Below, one piece after another: positions 19,594 through 26,843 of a DNA stretch of 51,143 nucleotides. A model generated the notes under the pieces. That model was not told the origin of the DNA. It did not search any database and saw only the letters and a list, made by a program, of their open reading frames with translations. Source of the stretch: Archaeoglobaceae archaeon (GTDB taxonomy: Archaea > Halobacteriota > Archaeoglobi > Archaeoglobales > Archaeoglobaceae); contig JAWAQR010000008.1 of the NCBI GenBank assembly GCA_038893835.1, forward strand, positions 1 through 51,143, read 5' to 3'. Every line of letters begins with the position of its first letter. The first letter of the stretch is position 1. The position numbers were made by a program, and so were the translations under genes.

Positions 19594-20818
19594 TACAGAC
19601 AGTAGAAAGGGAATGTGCACAACTTACCTAGCCCTTCTTTTGAGGGATGCTTTGAGAGAAGTTGGTAAATCGATCGGAATTCCAAGGCTTATAAGATTGA
19701 ATCCAACGATTCCATATAAAACAAGAGGAAATGGGGCTGTAAGCTTTGAAATGGAAATTGAAGACCTTGACAGAGCAATGGAAATAGCTGACAAAGTCGT
19801 TCGTAGATATGCGGAGATGGATGATGAGAACACGAATCCAGGAGTTGTTTTTGTTCCGGAAGAAAAAGTGTCCATTTTGCGAGAATTTGCGAAGAGGGCA
19901 ATAAAGGATGTCCTATCTATTGAAGATGCTCAAAGGATTGTTGAAAAGCATTCAATTCCGCATTTAAAATACAAAAATGGTCGCGGACTGATAGGGGCTC
20001 TTGCATCAGTTGGAGCTGAGCTTGAGGATGTAGTATACGAGTTGATCGCATATCGTTATCCAGAAAGATTTGGAAAGCCAAGAATTTGCGAAGAAGAAAG
20101 CTTCTACGAACTGGATCTTCAATTTTATCCGAAAATCTTCGATACTGTTGACTGGTGTCATGGAGTTGTGATGGCAGTTCCCGGAACTCCTTGTCCCGTT
20201 CTATTCGGTTTAAGAGGTGAGAATTCTGAAGTTTTGCTGAAAGCACTCGAGATCGTTAAGACTGAAAAATGGGAAAGATACGCTGTTTTCATGACAAATC
20301 ATGCAACAGATATGCACATAATTTCCGATGGCGAAATAAGGGATTTTAGGTCTTACAGAGTAATTGGAGAGGTTGTTGAGAAACCATATGAAATTCAGGG
20401 CGGCCATGTTTTTTTCGAAATAAAGCTTGGAAATGCGAAACTGAAATGTGCAGCTTTTGAGCCGACAAAGCAATTTAGAAACGTTATAAGAAATCTGATT
20501 CCAGGAGATGTTGTGGAAGTTTACGGATCTGTCAAAAATTCAACTTTGAACCTAGAAAAGATAAACATAATAAAGCTGGAGGAAAAGTTCATTGAGCTAA
20601 ATCCAATTTGTCCCAGTTGTGGTAAAAGAATGGAATCCGCAGGAAAGAATCAGGGATTTAGATGCAGAGAGTGCAAAGCAAGGGCTTTTGAGAAAATTAG
20701 GGTCTATTTTCCGAGAAAGATCGAAACAGGATTTTATGAAGTTCCTCCTTGTGCGAGAAGACATTTAACAAAACCTTTAATAAGGATGAATGTTCCAAAG
20801 AGGCACATCTTCAGATAA
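19568..20818 (+). CDS. tiaS: tRNA(Ile2) 2-agmatinylcytidine synthetase
   Basis: IGIDDTDS..GMCTTY, LIRLNP.IPYKTRGNGA, GRGLIGALA, TNHATD.H, GGHVF, Zn ribbon, ARRHLTKP. Confidence 0.96.
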   Translation: MRFWIGIDDTDSRKGMCTTYLALLLRDALREVGKSIGIPRLIRLNPTIPYKTRGNGAVSFEMEIEDLDRAMEIADKVVRRYAEMDDENTNPGVVFVPEEKVSILREFAKRAIKDVLSIEDAQRIVEKHSIPHLKYKNGRGLIGALASVGAELEDVVYELIAYRYPERFGKPRICEEESFYELDLQFYPKIFDTVDWCHGVVMAVPGTPCPVLFGLRGENSEVLLKALEIVKTEKWERYAVFMTNHATDMHIISDGEIRDFRSYRVIGEVVEKPYEIQGGHVFFEIKLGNAKLKCAAFEPTKQFRNVIRNLIPGDVVEVYGSVKNSTLNLEKINIIKLEEKFIELNPICPSCGKRMESAGKNQGFRCRECKARAFEKIRVYFPRKIETGFYEVPPCARRHLTKPLIRMNVPKRHIFR

Positions 20819-20848
20819 AAATTTAAGGTTTGAAATGCGAATTTTTAC

Positions 20849-21928
20849 GTGGACTTTGCGATAAGAGATGAAATCGCTAGGAAGTTGAAGAAGAGGTTCA
20901 GAGTCGTTTCTCCATACAAAGTTGGAATTGGCTGGGTAGATATTGCCATTCTTGGAAAGGAAAGCGTAGGAATAGATTTCTGCGAAAACTACAAGTCCAG
21001 TGTTGAGAGATTGAATTCCTTTCCGTTCAAGGAAAAAATTATAATTGGCAACTGCACGAATTGTATCGATCTTCAGGAATTTTGCAAAAGCTATGGGATA
21101 AATTTGGACAATTTTGAAACTTTTGAATCCACATTGTCTATTAAAAAGCTTGAAGATCAGATCGTCTTCCTCTACATAGTCAAAGAGGCGTTGGATGATG
21201 GTGGCTTTGAAGATTTGAAGACCTTGGGATTTGCAACTTCTTATTCAAGATCGAAGATAGAGCCTAAGTTCTTTGTAAGTCTAACGAACGATGGATATAG
21301 GATTGCAAAAAAAATAATATATTCCAGAATTTTGGCTAAAGAAAGGGAACTTCGAAGACTTTCGAATCCATTAAACTATCTGATTGCACTCGGTGTTTCA
21401 AACTCCCTTTCCATCAAGCCAGAGGGTTTTCCAAATCCATGCGACTTTAAATCCCTGCTACAACTCTATAGATCGTTACCAATAAACAACTTCCACGTCA
21501 CAAATGGGCATGCAAAGGTTATGCTCTGCGAGTTTTTAGTCAAATCTGCGCTTAATAAAAAAGCTGTTGAACTAGCTGAAAGACTTTGCGAAATGGGGCT
21601 TGCAACTAAATTCCATCTTTACTCTCCGAATGGAGATTTCATATGGGAAGAGTACAAGTTTTCAAGAGAAGCAGTTGAATTTCTTATAAAATCCAGTTTT
21701 TTCAGCATAGATGAATCGCTACTCGAAGACATCGTTTCTCTTCTTTCAGCCATACAAAGGAGGCCAGAGATAAAGATTGGAGAAAGTTTAAAGAAGGCAG
21801 TTGAACTTGGATTGCTAAATCCGACGAAGATATCCTTCAGTCCTAGTTTAGATGAGTTCATAAAAGTTCGAATTGCGATTCTGGTTGAAAAAATTCTTGA
21901 AAAACTCAAAATTGATAACCATTGTTAA
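20849..21928 (+). CDS. Hypothetical protein (possible restriction-endonuclease-like N-domain plus repeated winged helices)
   Basis: 359-aa ORF. WVDIAI...GIDF resembles a PD-(D/E)XK core; LKTLGF...VSLTNDG and LCEMGLA...YKFS resemble wHTH ends. Confidence 0.7.
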   Translation: MDFAIRDEIARKLKKRFRVVSPYKVGIGWVDIAILGKESVGIDFCENYKSSVERLNSFPFKEKIIIGNCTNCIDLQEFCKSYGINLDNFETFESTLSIKKLEDQIVFLYIVKEALDDGGFEDLKTLGFATSYSRSKIEPKFFVSLTNDGYRIAKKIIYSRILAKERELRRLSNPLNYLIALGVSNSLSIKPEGFPNPCDFKSLLQLYRSLPINNFHVTNGHAKVMLCEFLVKSALNKKAVELAERLCEMGLATKFHLYSPNGDFIWEEYKFSREAVEFLIKSSFFSIDESLLEDIVSLLSAIQRRPEIKIGESLKKAVELGLLNPTKISFSPSLDEFIKVRIAILVEKILEKLKIDNHC

Positions 21929-21960
21929 AGGTATTTCTTTCTCAAATACCTTAACCATGG
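21919..21960. repeat. Imperfect inverted repeat (17-18 bp arms, 7-nt loop) over the stop codon of the 20849 ORF
   Basis: CCATTGTTAAAGGTATTT-CTTTCTC-AAATACCTTAACCATGG; the arms pair with one mismatch and one bulge. Confidence 0.7.
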
Positions 21961-22283
21961 ACACCTAAGCCCAGCGCTTACGATTGCTTAACTTAACCTG
22001 CAGAATTCTTCTGCGATCACACACTTTTAAAAACTGTTTTTAAATTTTAAAAATACGAAAGATTTCATTGAATGCTTGCAAATCCAAATAAATGCTTCTA
22101 CAATTTTTTCGCAATCTACACAAAATTTTTTGACGAAAATTTTTGAATGGAAGTAAAAGTCTCGGTTTAGAGAATTGTTCAAGAGAGACTTTGCTTTCTT
22201 AAGAGATAAAAGAAAAAACTATGTTTAAAACATAAAGTTCTAAATAGAAAATTTTTTAAACTACAAAATCTTTTTAATAATAT

Positions 22284-22934
22284 ATGTCAGAAGTTGTCCA
22301 CATCATAGTTGTAGAATCCAATCCTAGCATGGTTTTAGAGAGTATAAGAAATATCGGTTATCCCATACATCGCTCCTACATTGTTTACAGAAAAAAAGAG
22401 GCTATTGAGATTGCAGAAAATCTAACTAGAACCCTTAAATCCCTAATAGATGTCAAAAACATCAGTTTTGAAGGAAAAGATATATATGAATCGCTTTGGG
22501 CTCTTCTGGAAATCATCAGGGCTGAAAAAGAGAAAGGAAACACAGTTTTGATTAACATCACAGATGCGGATAAAATGTTTACAATTCCTGCAATAATAGC
22601 ATCGCAGATTTCGGGAAGCAAGATTTACATGCTCACGAATGGAAAGGCAATTTTCTTGCAAACTCCTCCATTGAGGAGTTTCAATGAGGAAAGGATAAAG
22701 ATTCTAAAAGCTTTGCTAGAAGATGGAGGAGTTGTTGAGTCTATAAACAGGTTGATAGAACTTGTAGATGGTAAAATTGAAGACCAAAAGAAACATCTGG
22801 CTCAGAGAGCGAGAATCAGTTACCATATAAACGAACTTGGTGAGAATGGATTACTTGTGACTGAAAGAAAGGGTAAAAGTCTAAAGATAAAGTTAACCGA
22901 ACTTGGCAAAGCTTATGTAATAATGTTTGGCTAA
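22284..22934 (+). CDS. CARF-like (DUF6293/Csa3-type) plus winged-helix transcriptional regulator
   Basis: N-terminal VHIIVV strand, VLINITDADK...AIIAS (CARF motif-like); C-terminal RISYHINELGENGLL..ERKGK..KIKLTELGK. Confidence 0.75.
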   Translation: MSEVVHIIVVESNPSMVLESIRNIGYPIHRSYIVYRKKEAIEIAENLTRTLKSLIDVKNISFEGKDIYESLWALLEIIRAEKEKGNTVLINITDADKMFTIPAIIASQISGSKIYMLTNGKAIFLQTPPLRSFNEERIKILKALLEDGGVVESINRLIELVDGKIEDQKKHLAQRARISYHINELGENGLLVTERKGKSLKIKLTELGKAYVIMFG

Positions 22935-22943
22935 GTTACGATT

Positions 22944-23558
22944 ATGTTATCCACACTTATAGTCGCAAACTCGGAGGAGTGGTACAAATACAAACAACTT
23001 GAAGAGTGTCTTTTAAACGATTATCACGTTCAGTTCGCAGACAGATTGAGTTCAGAACTTTCAGAGCTTTCAAAACTCGAAAATTCGTTTGAAATTTTTT
23101 TCTACCTTAAAGCTCCAGAAACCGGTGAAATATCGGGAATATCGAGGATCATGAAGAATAAGATATTCATATTCCAGGTCAAAAAGGGTCATTATTCACC
23201 AATTCAGCTTAAAAGCGAGTTATTACCTGTTTCAAATAGAATACTCCTAAAAGCAACTGCGATGAGGGGGAAAATTGAATATTTTCGTGGAGTTGATGAA
23301 ATTCTGGCCTTGAACGCATATCACATCGAAACAAGAGATCCATGCGAAGTAATACTAAATGGAAATAGAGATACAAAAGCCATGCTTGGCGATATCGTTT
23401 TTAGAGCTGGAAAAAATGTCGTTTTTGGAGTCAGAAAGAACAACATTGCCATTTTTTCTGCTGACATATTTTCCAACGAGGCGTTTGCAGAGGGGCAGAA
23501 CTGCAGGTTCATACACAACCTGATAAACGAGATGCTGATCGGGGTGGAAGTCTACTGA
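22944..23558 (+). CDS. Hypothetical protein, weakly GIFT/DUF4350 (class I GATase-like fold)
   Basis: 204-aa ORF 9 bp after the regulator. The C-terminal AIFSADIFSNEAF..GQNCRFIHNLI resembles the D..IFSN....N..F..N end of GIFT/DUF4350 domains. Confidence 0.55.
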   Translation: MLSTLIVANSEEWYKYKQLEECLLNDYHVQFADRLSSELSELSKLENSFEIFFYLKAPETGEISGISRIMKNKIFIFQVKKGHYSPIQLKSELLPVSNRILLKATAMRGKIEYFRGVDEILALNAYHIETRDPCEVILNGNRDTKAMLGDIVFRAGKNVVFGVRKNNIAIFSADIFSNEAFAEGQNCRFIHNLINEMLIGVEVY

Positions 23559-23905
23559 CCCCTTCTAAGCTTCTCCATAGCGTTTACGAGCTTTTCCAGA
23601 GATTCAGATAGAATCTTTATCTCCTCAGCCGAACTTGAATTAACGATCAGTTCACAAACTCTCAAAATGGCATTCTCGATCTCACCCACAACACCCGCGG
23701 GCTTATATTCTATTTTTTGCTCTTTCTTCTCGACCTCCTTTTCTATAATTACTTCCCTCTCACAGTTAGGACAGAAAACTTTTCCTTCCGTCTCAAAAAG
23801 AGGAAAATGACACTCCGGACAATAATAGGACAACATCTTTGCCCCCTTTCTAAGTAATTTGGCAGCATCTATTATCGCCTCATCCGAAATTTTTTTATTA
23901 CTCAC
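23552..23905 (-). CDS. UPF0148 / Sjogren's syndrome autoantigen (Auto_anti-p27) Zn-ribbon protein
   Basis: LLRKGAKMLSYYCPECHFPLFE..GKVFCPNC. Confidence 0.88.
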   Translation of the reverse strand: MSNKKISDEAIIDAAKLLRKGAKMLSYYCPECHFPLFETEGKVFCPNCEREVIIEKEVEKKEQKIEYKPAGVVGEIENAILRVCELIVNSSSAEEIKILSESLEKLVNAMEKLRRGQ

Positions 23906-23957
23906 GCTAATGTGTTAGCGGAAGAATATTAAAAAGTTCCGTTCTGAGGTGAGGAGA

Positions 23958-24212
23958 ATGGCAAGAAAAGTACCGGAAAGTGTTTTGGACATACTAGATA
24001 GGCTCATACAGGATGATACTGTCCCAAGAAGTGTTAGAAGAGCTGCAAACGAGATCAAAGAGCGCTTACTTTCAAGTAAAAAAGTTTCTGTTGAAGCTGC
24101 ATCAGCAATAACAATATTAGAAGACCTCTCTGCAGATCCAAATTTACCGATGCATGTCAGAACGATGCTCTGGAACCTCGCAAGTCAGCTTGAAAGAATA
24201 TCGGTTGATTAA
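23958..24212 (+). CDS. UPF0147 family protein
   Basis: IQDDTVPRSVRRAA, DPNLPMHVRT..W. Strong RBS GAGGTGAGGAG before ATG 23958. Confidence 0.9.
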   Translation: MARKVPESVLDILDRLIQDDTVPRSVRRAANEIKERLLSSKKVSVEAASAITILEDLSADPNLPMHVRTMLWNLASQLERISVD

Positions 24213-24738
24213 AAAAGAGCTGATTAGAAAGTCTATACATTTCTCCGGACTAGTCTACCTCCCATCTTACAACATTTTTGGCCCTGAAATTGTTCTAATA
24301 GCCCTTCTTTGCTTAACTCCTCTCGTTATAATCTTGGAATTTTTAAGGATAAAGAAGGGTCTATTTAAATCCATTTCTCGAGACTATGAAAGAGAGTTGC
24401 CAGGAGCATACGTTTACTTCTTCTCCTCTCTCCTCATCCTGACGATGCTATTTCCAAAGGATACAGTTTTCGTGGCTGTGGTGAATTCAGTCATAGGTGA
24501 TGGCTTTGCGGGAATTTTGAGAATTTTTGGAAAGAGAAGTCTTGCTAGTATTGGAATGTTCATCTCTTCCTCCCTTTTCCTTCTAATCCTCGATCTCCTG
24601 AACTTTTTCTCCATTTTTGCATCGCTTGTAGGAACATTTGTCGAGAGGGTTAAGAGAGTTGGTAAGATCAAGATTGAGGACAATTTTTCTGTTCCGATTT
24701 TAACTGCTCTAGCAGATTCAGTAAAATATATCTTTTGA
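24205..24738 (+). CDS. Dolichol/phytol kinase-like (CTP transferase family) membrane protein
   Basis: ELIRKSIH, RDYE, IGDGFAG..G, GKRS, E...IEDNFSVP; several TM segments. Start moved to TTG 24205. Confidence 0.8.
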   Translation: MIKKELIRKSIHFSGLVYLPSYNIFGPEIVLIALLCLTPLVIILEFLRIKKGLFKSISRDYERELPGAYVYFFSSLLILTMLFPKDTVFVAVVNSVIGDGFAGILRIFGKRSLASIGMFISSSLFLLILDLLNFFSIFASLVGTFVERVKRVGKIKIEDNFSVPILTALADSVKYIF

Positions 24739-24755
24739 ACTTTAGAGAATTCGCC

Positions 24756-25505
24756 ATGGATGAAAAAGATGCGCTAAAGATTTCTAGGGAAGTCGCCAAG
24801 AGAGTTCAGAAAGCGATTCTCTCTCTTCCAGTTGAGAAAAGAGGAGAATTCTATGGAATGGGAAAAAGTGGAATAACGAAATTGGTCGACAAGCTCGCTG
24901 AAGAATGCGCTCTTGAAGTTCTTCTGAAAGAAAAAATCAGAGTTCTCAGCGAGGAATGTGGATATGTTGGGGAGGGGGACATATTTGTTGCATTGGATCC
25001 ACTTGACGGAACTTTCAATGCTGTTCATGGGATTCCATTTTATTCCATCAGTCTCTGTTTTTCTAATTCAGAAAAGTTCAGAGATGCGTTCTTCGGATAC
25101 GTTTTCAACCTTTTCAGCGGAGATGAGTATTATGCTGGAAAAGAGGCTTTCAAAAATGGAAAAAGGATCAGAGTGAAGTTTGAGGAAAACTTCAGCAAAA
25201 TGGATGCGATTGTTTACTATCCAACAAAAGTTCTTCCATTCAAGCGCATAAGAATATATGGCAGTGCAGCTCTGGAAACTTGTTTGGTCGCAGAAGGATC
25301 CTTTGATTGTTTTGTTGATTTAAGAGGGATGTTGAGAATATTTGACGTGGCTGGTGGAGTTTACATAGCTGAAAAAGCTGGAGCGGTTGCGATGGATGAA
25401 AATGGACAGAGTTTGGAGAACAAGAGATTTGAACTCTCCGAAAGATTGAATTTGGTCCTGTCGAATGAAAGGATATGTAAAAAGTTGTTGGAGATGATTT
25501 TATGA
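24756..25505 (+). CDS. suhB: Bifunctional fructose-1,6-bisphosphatase/inositol monophosphatase
   Basis: SEE, LDPLDGTFN, R.YGSAALE, LR.FDVAGG. Confidence 0.92.
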   Translation: MDEKDALKISREVAKRVQKAILSLPVEKRGEFYGMGKSGITKLVDKLAEECALEVLLKEKIRVLSEECGYVGEGDIFVALDPLDGTFNAVHGIPFYSISLCFSNSEKFRDAFFGYVFNLFSGDEYYAGKEAFKNGKRIRVKFEENFSKMDAIVYYPTKVLPFKRIRIYGSAALETCLVAEGSFDCFVDLRGMLRIFDVAGGVYIAEKAGAVAMDENGQSLENKRFELSERLNLVLSNERICKKLLEMIL

Positions 25506-26251
25506 GGTGTGCTGTTGTTTATAGATCAACGGAAATCCTTGAAAAAGTTCTAGATTTTCTTAAATCACATGGCATCTCATTCGAGCTTTTTCCAACTCCA
25601 TCAAGTGAGCTCGAAAACTTCGACTTCATAATAAGCATAGGAGGAGATGGGACGATATTGAGCATACTTCAGGAAGTTAAGAAATGCCCACCAATATTTG
25701 GCATAAACACAGGAAAAGTTGGAATCTTGACACATTCTAGACCAGAGAATTTTGAAGTAGAGCTTAGAAAAGCGATAAAGAAGTTTGAGACTGAAGAATT
25801 TACCAGGTTGAGCTGTTCATGTGATGCTGGAGAATTTTTAGCACTAAATGAAGTGGCATTTCTGGGAAAAGAAGTTGCAAAGTTGATAATAGTGGAGATA
25901 AGAGTTGATTTCGAACTAATAGATTCTATAAGATGTGATGGAGTTGTTGCTTCAACGCAAATTGGTTCCACAGCCTATGCCTTCTCTCTCGGAGGTCCGG
26001 TCGTGGATCCATATTTGGATTCAATACTGATAGTTCCAGTTGCTCCTTTCAGATTTGGATGGAAACCCTATGTGCTACGTGGGGATAGAGTGATTGAATT
26101 TAGATCAGAGAGTGGGAAGGCGGTAATAGATGGGAAGAGAGTTGTTGAAACGAGTAGAGTTACGTTGAGAAAATCAAATTTCCCTGCGGTTTTCTTTAAG
26201 AAAGAAAATAGATTGAAAAACTTATTCTATACTATACGCAGAATAGAATAA
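25502..26251 (+). CDS. nadK: NAD kinase
   Basis: GGDGTIL, GINTGKVG.L, ALNE, DGVVAST..GSTAYAFSLGGP. Confidence 0.95.
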   Translation: MRCAVVYRSTEILEKVLDFLKSHGISFELFPTPSSELENFDFIISIGGDGTILSILQEVKKCPPIFGINTGKVGILTHSRPENFEVELRKAIKKFETEEFTRLSCSCDAGEFLALNEVAFLGKEVAKLIIVEIRVDFELIDSIRCDGVVASTQIGSTAYAFSLGGPVVDPYLDSILIVPVAPFRFGWKPYVLRGDRVIEFRSESGKAVIDGKRVVETSRVTLRKSNFPAVFFKKENRLKNLFYTIRRIE

Positions 26252-26260
26252 AGTTTATTA
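26251..26260 (+). promoter_or_regulatory. Putative TATA box for the H/ACA RNA
   Basis: AAGTTTATTA lies about 25 nt upstream of the GC-rich RNA start at ~26282. Confidence 0.5.
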
Positions 26261-26281
26261 TCCATGGAAACCACAATTTTT

Positions 26282-26499
26282 GTCCCCGATCGGGGAAGGG
26301 GTTGAGGGAGCTGAGCTCGCGATGAAACCTTTCTGCGAGCTCGGGGATACAGGCCCATGTTGATAGGTCCCCTGAGGAGCGAGCAATAGCTTGCTATGAT
26401 TCTGGGGCAACCCAAACATGGGACAATCCCTCGGAAGGTCAGCTGCTGCAAGCGAGCGAGGCTTGCGATGAGTAGCAGTGTTATTTCCGAGGTACAGTG
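26282..26499 (+). ncRNA. Three-hairpin box H/ACA pseudouridylation guide RNA (Afu-4/HgcG/Pab40-like)
   Basis: GC-rich island with three hairpins (TCCCCGA/TCGGGGA, CCCATGTT/AACATGGG, CCTCGGAA/TTCCGAGG). Each is followed by ACA (26349, 26423, 26494) and has an internal pocket and an apical K-turn (GA or AA ... ATGA). Confidence 0.88.
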
Positions 26500-26504
26500 C
26501 TAAT

Positions 26505-26815
26505 TCAAATTATACGCAAGGTTTTGTCCACAAATTTCTCCACGAGCCTTATATGCACTTCTTCTTCTCTAGCAATTTTTTCCAATATCTTGGATTTCTC
26601 TCCAAGTGTTTTACCAAACTCTTTCACTATTTGTTCATACAAAGCCTTTGCACTCATTTCTATTTTGTAAATCTCGTTAAAAAGTCTCCTGTCTGAGAAT
26701 TCAAACATATATTCCTCTGCTCCTCATCCATAGCTTCTATAAAGGCTTTAAAACTGGCCTCATCTTCAAAACTCGTCTCTATTCTATAAGCCTTTTCCAG
26801 CATTTTCTTCAGCAA
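26505..26815 (-). pseudogene. Split ferritin-like/rubrerythrin-fold gene (frameshift, probable internal deletion)
   Basis: The 5' part (TTG 26815 or ATG 26803) MLEKAYRIETSFEDEASF...QRNI runs to TAG at 26660. The 3' part, 26708-26505, is in another frame and carries IE..A..LY and IAREEEVH (ExxH). Confidence 0.6.
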
Positions 26816-26843
26816 TAATATCTCTGAATTGGGCAATAAAATT

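Noticed and set aside
21925-22020. Minus-strand micro-ORF VIAEEFCRLS*AIVSAGLRCPWLRYLRKKYL
   Set aside because: It has an internal TAA and no recognisable family. It could be a gene remnant but this cannot be supported.
21929-22283. CRISPR array or leader next to the Csa3-like regulator
   Set aside because: No 24-40 bp direct repeats with spacers; only short A/T tracts.
26227-26451. 74-aa minus-strand ORF; alternatively RNase P or SRP RNA for the GC-rich island
   Set aside because: The ORF is the antisense of a structured RNA. The RNase P (GAGGAAAGUCC-like) and SRP helix-8 motifs are absent, while three ACA-tailed K-turn hairpins fit H/ACA.
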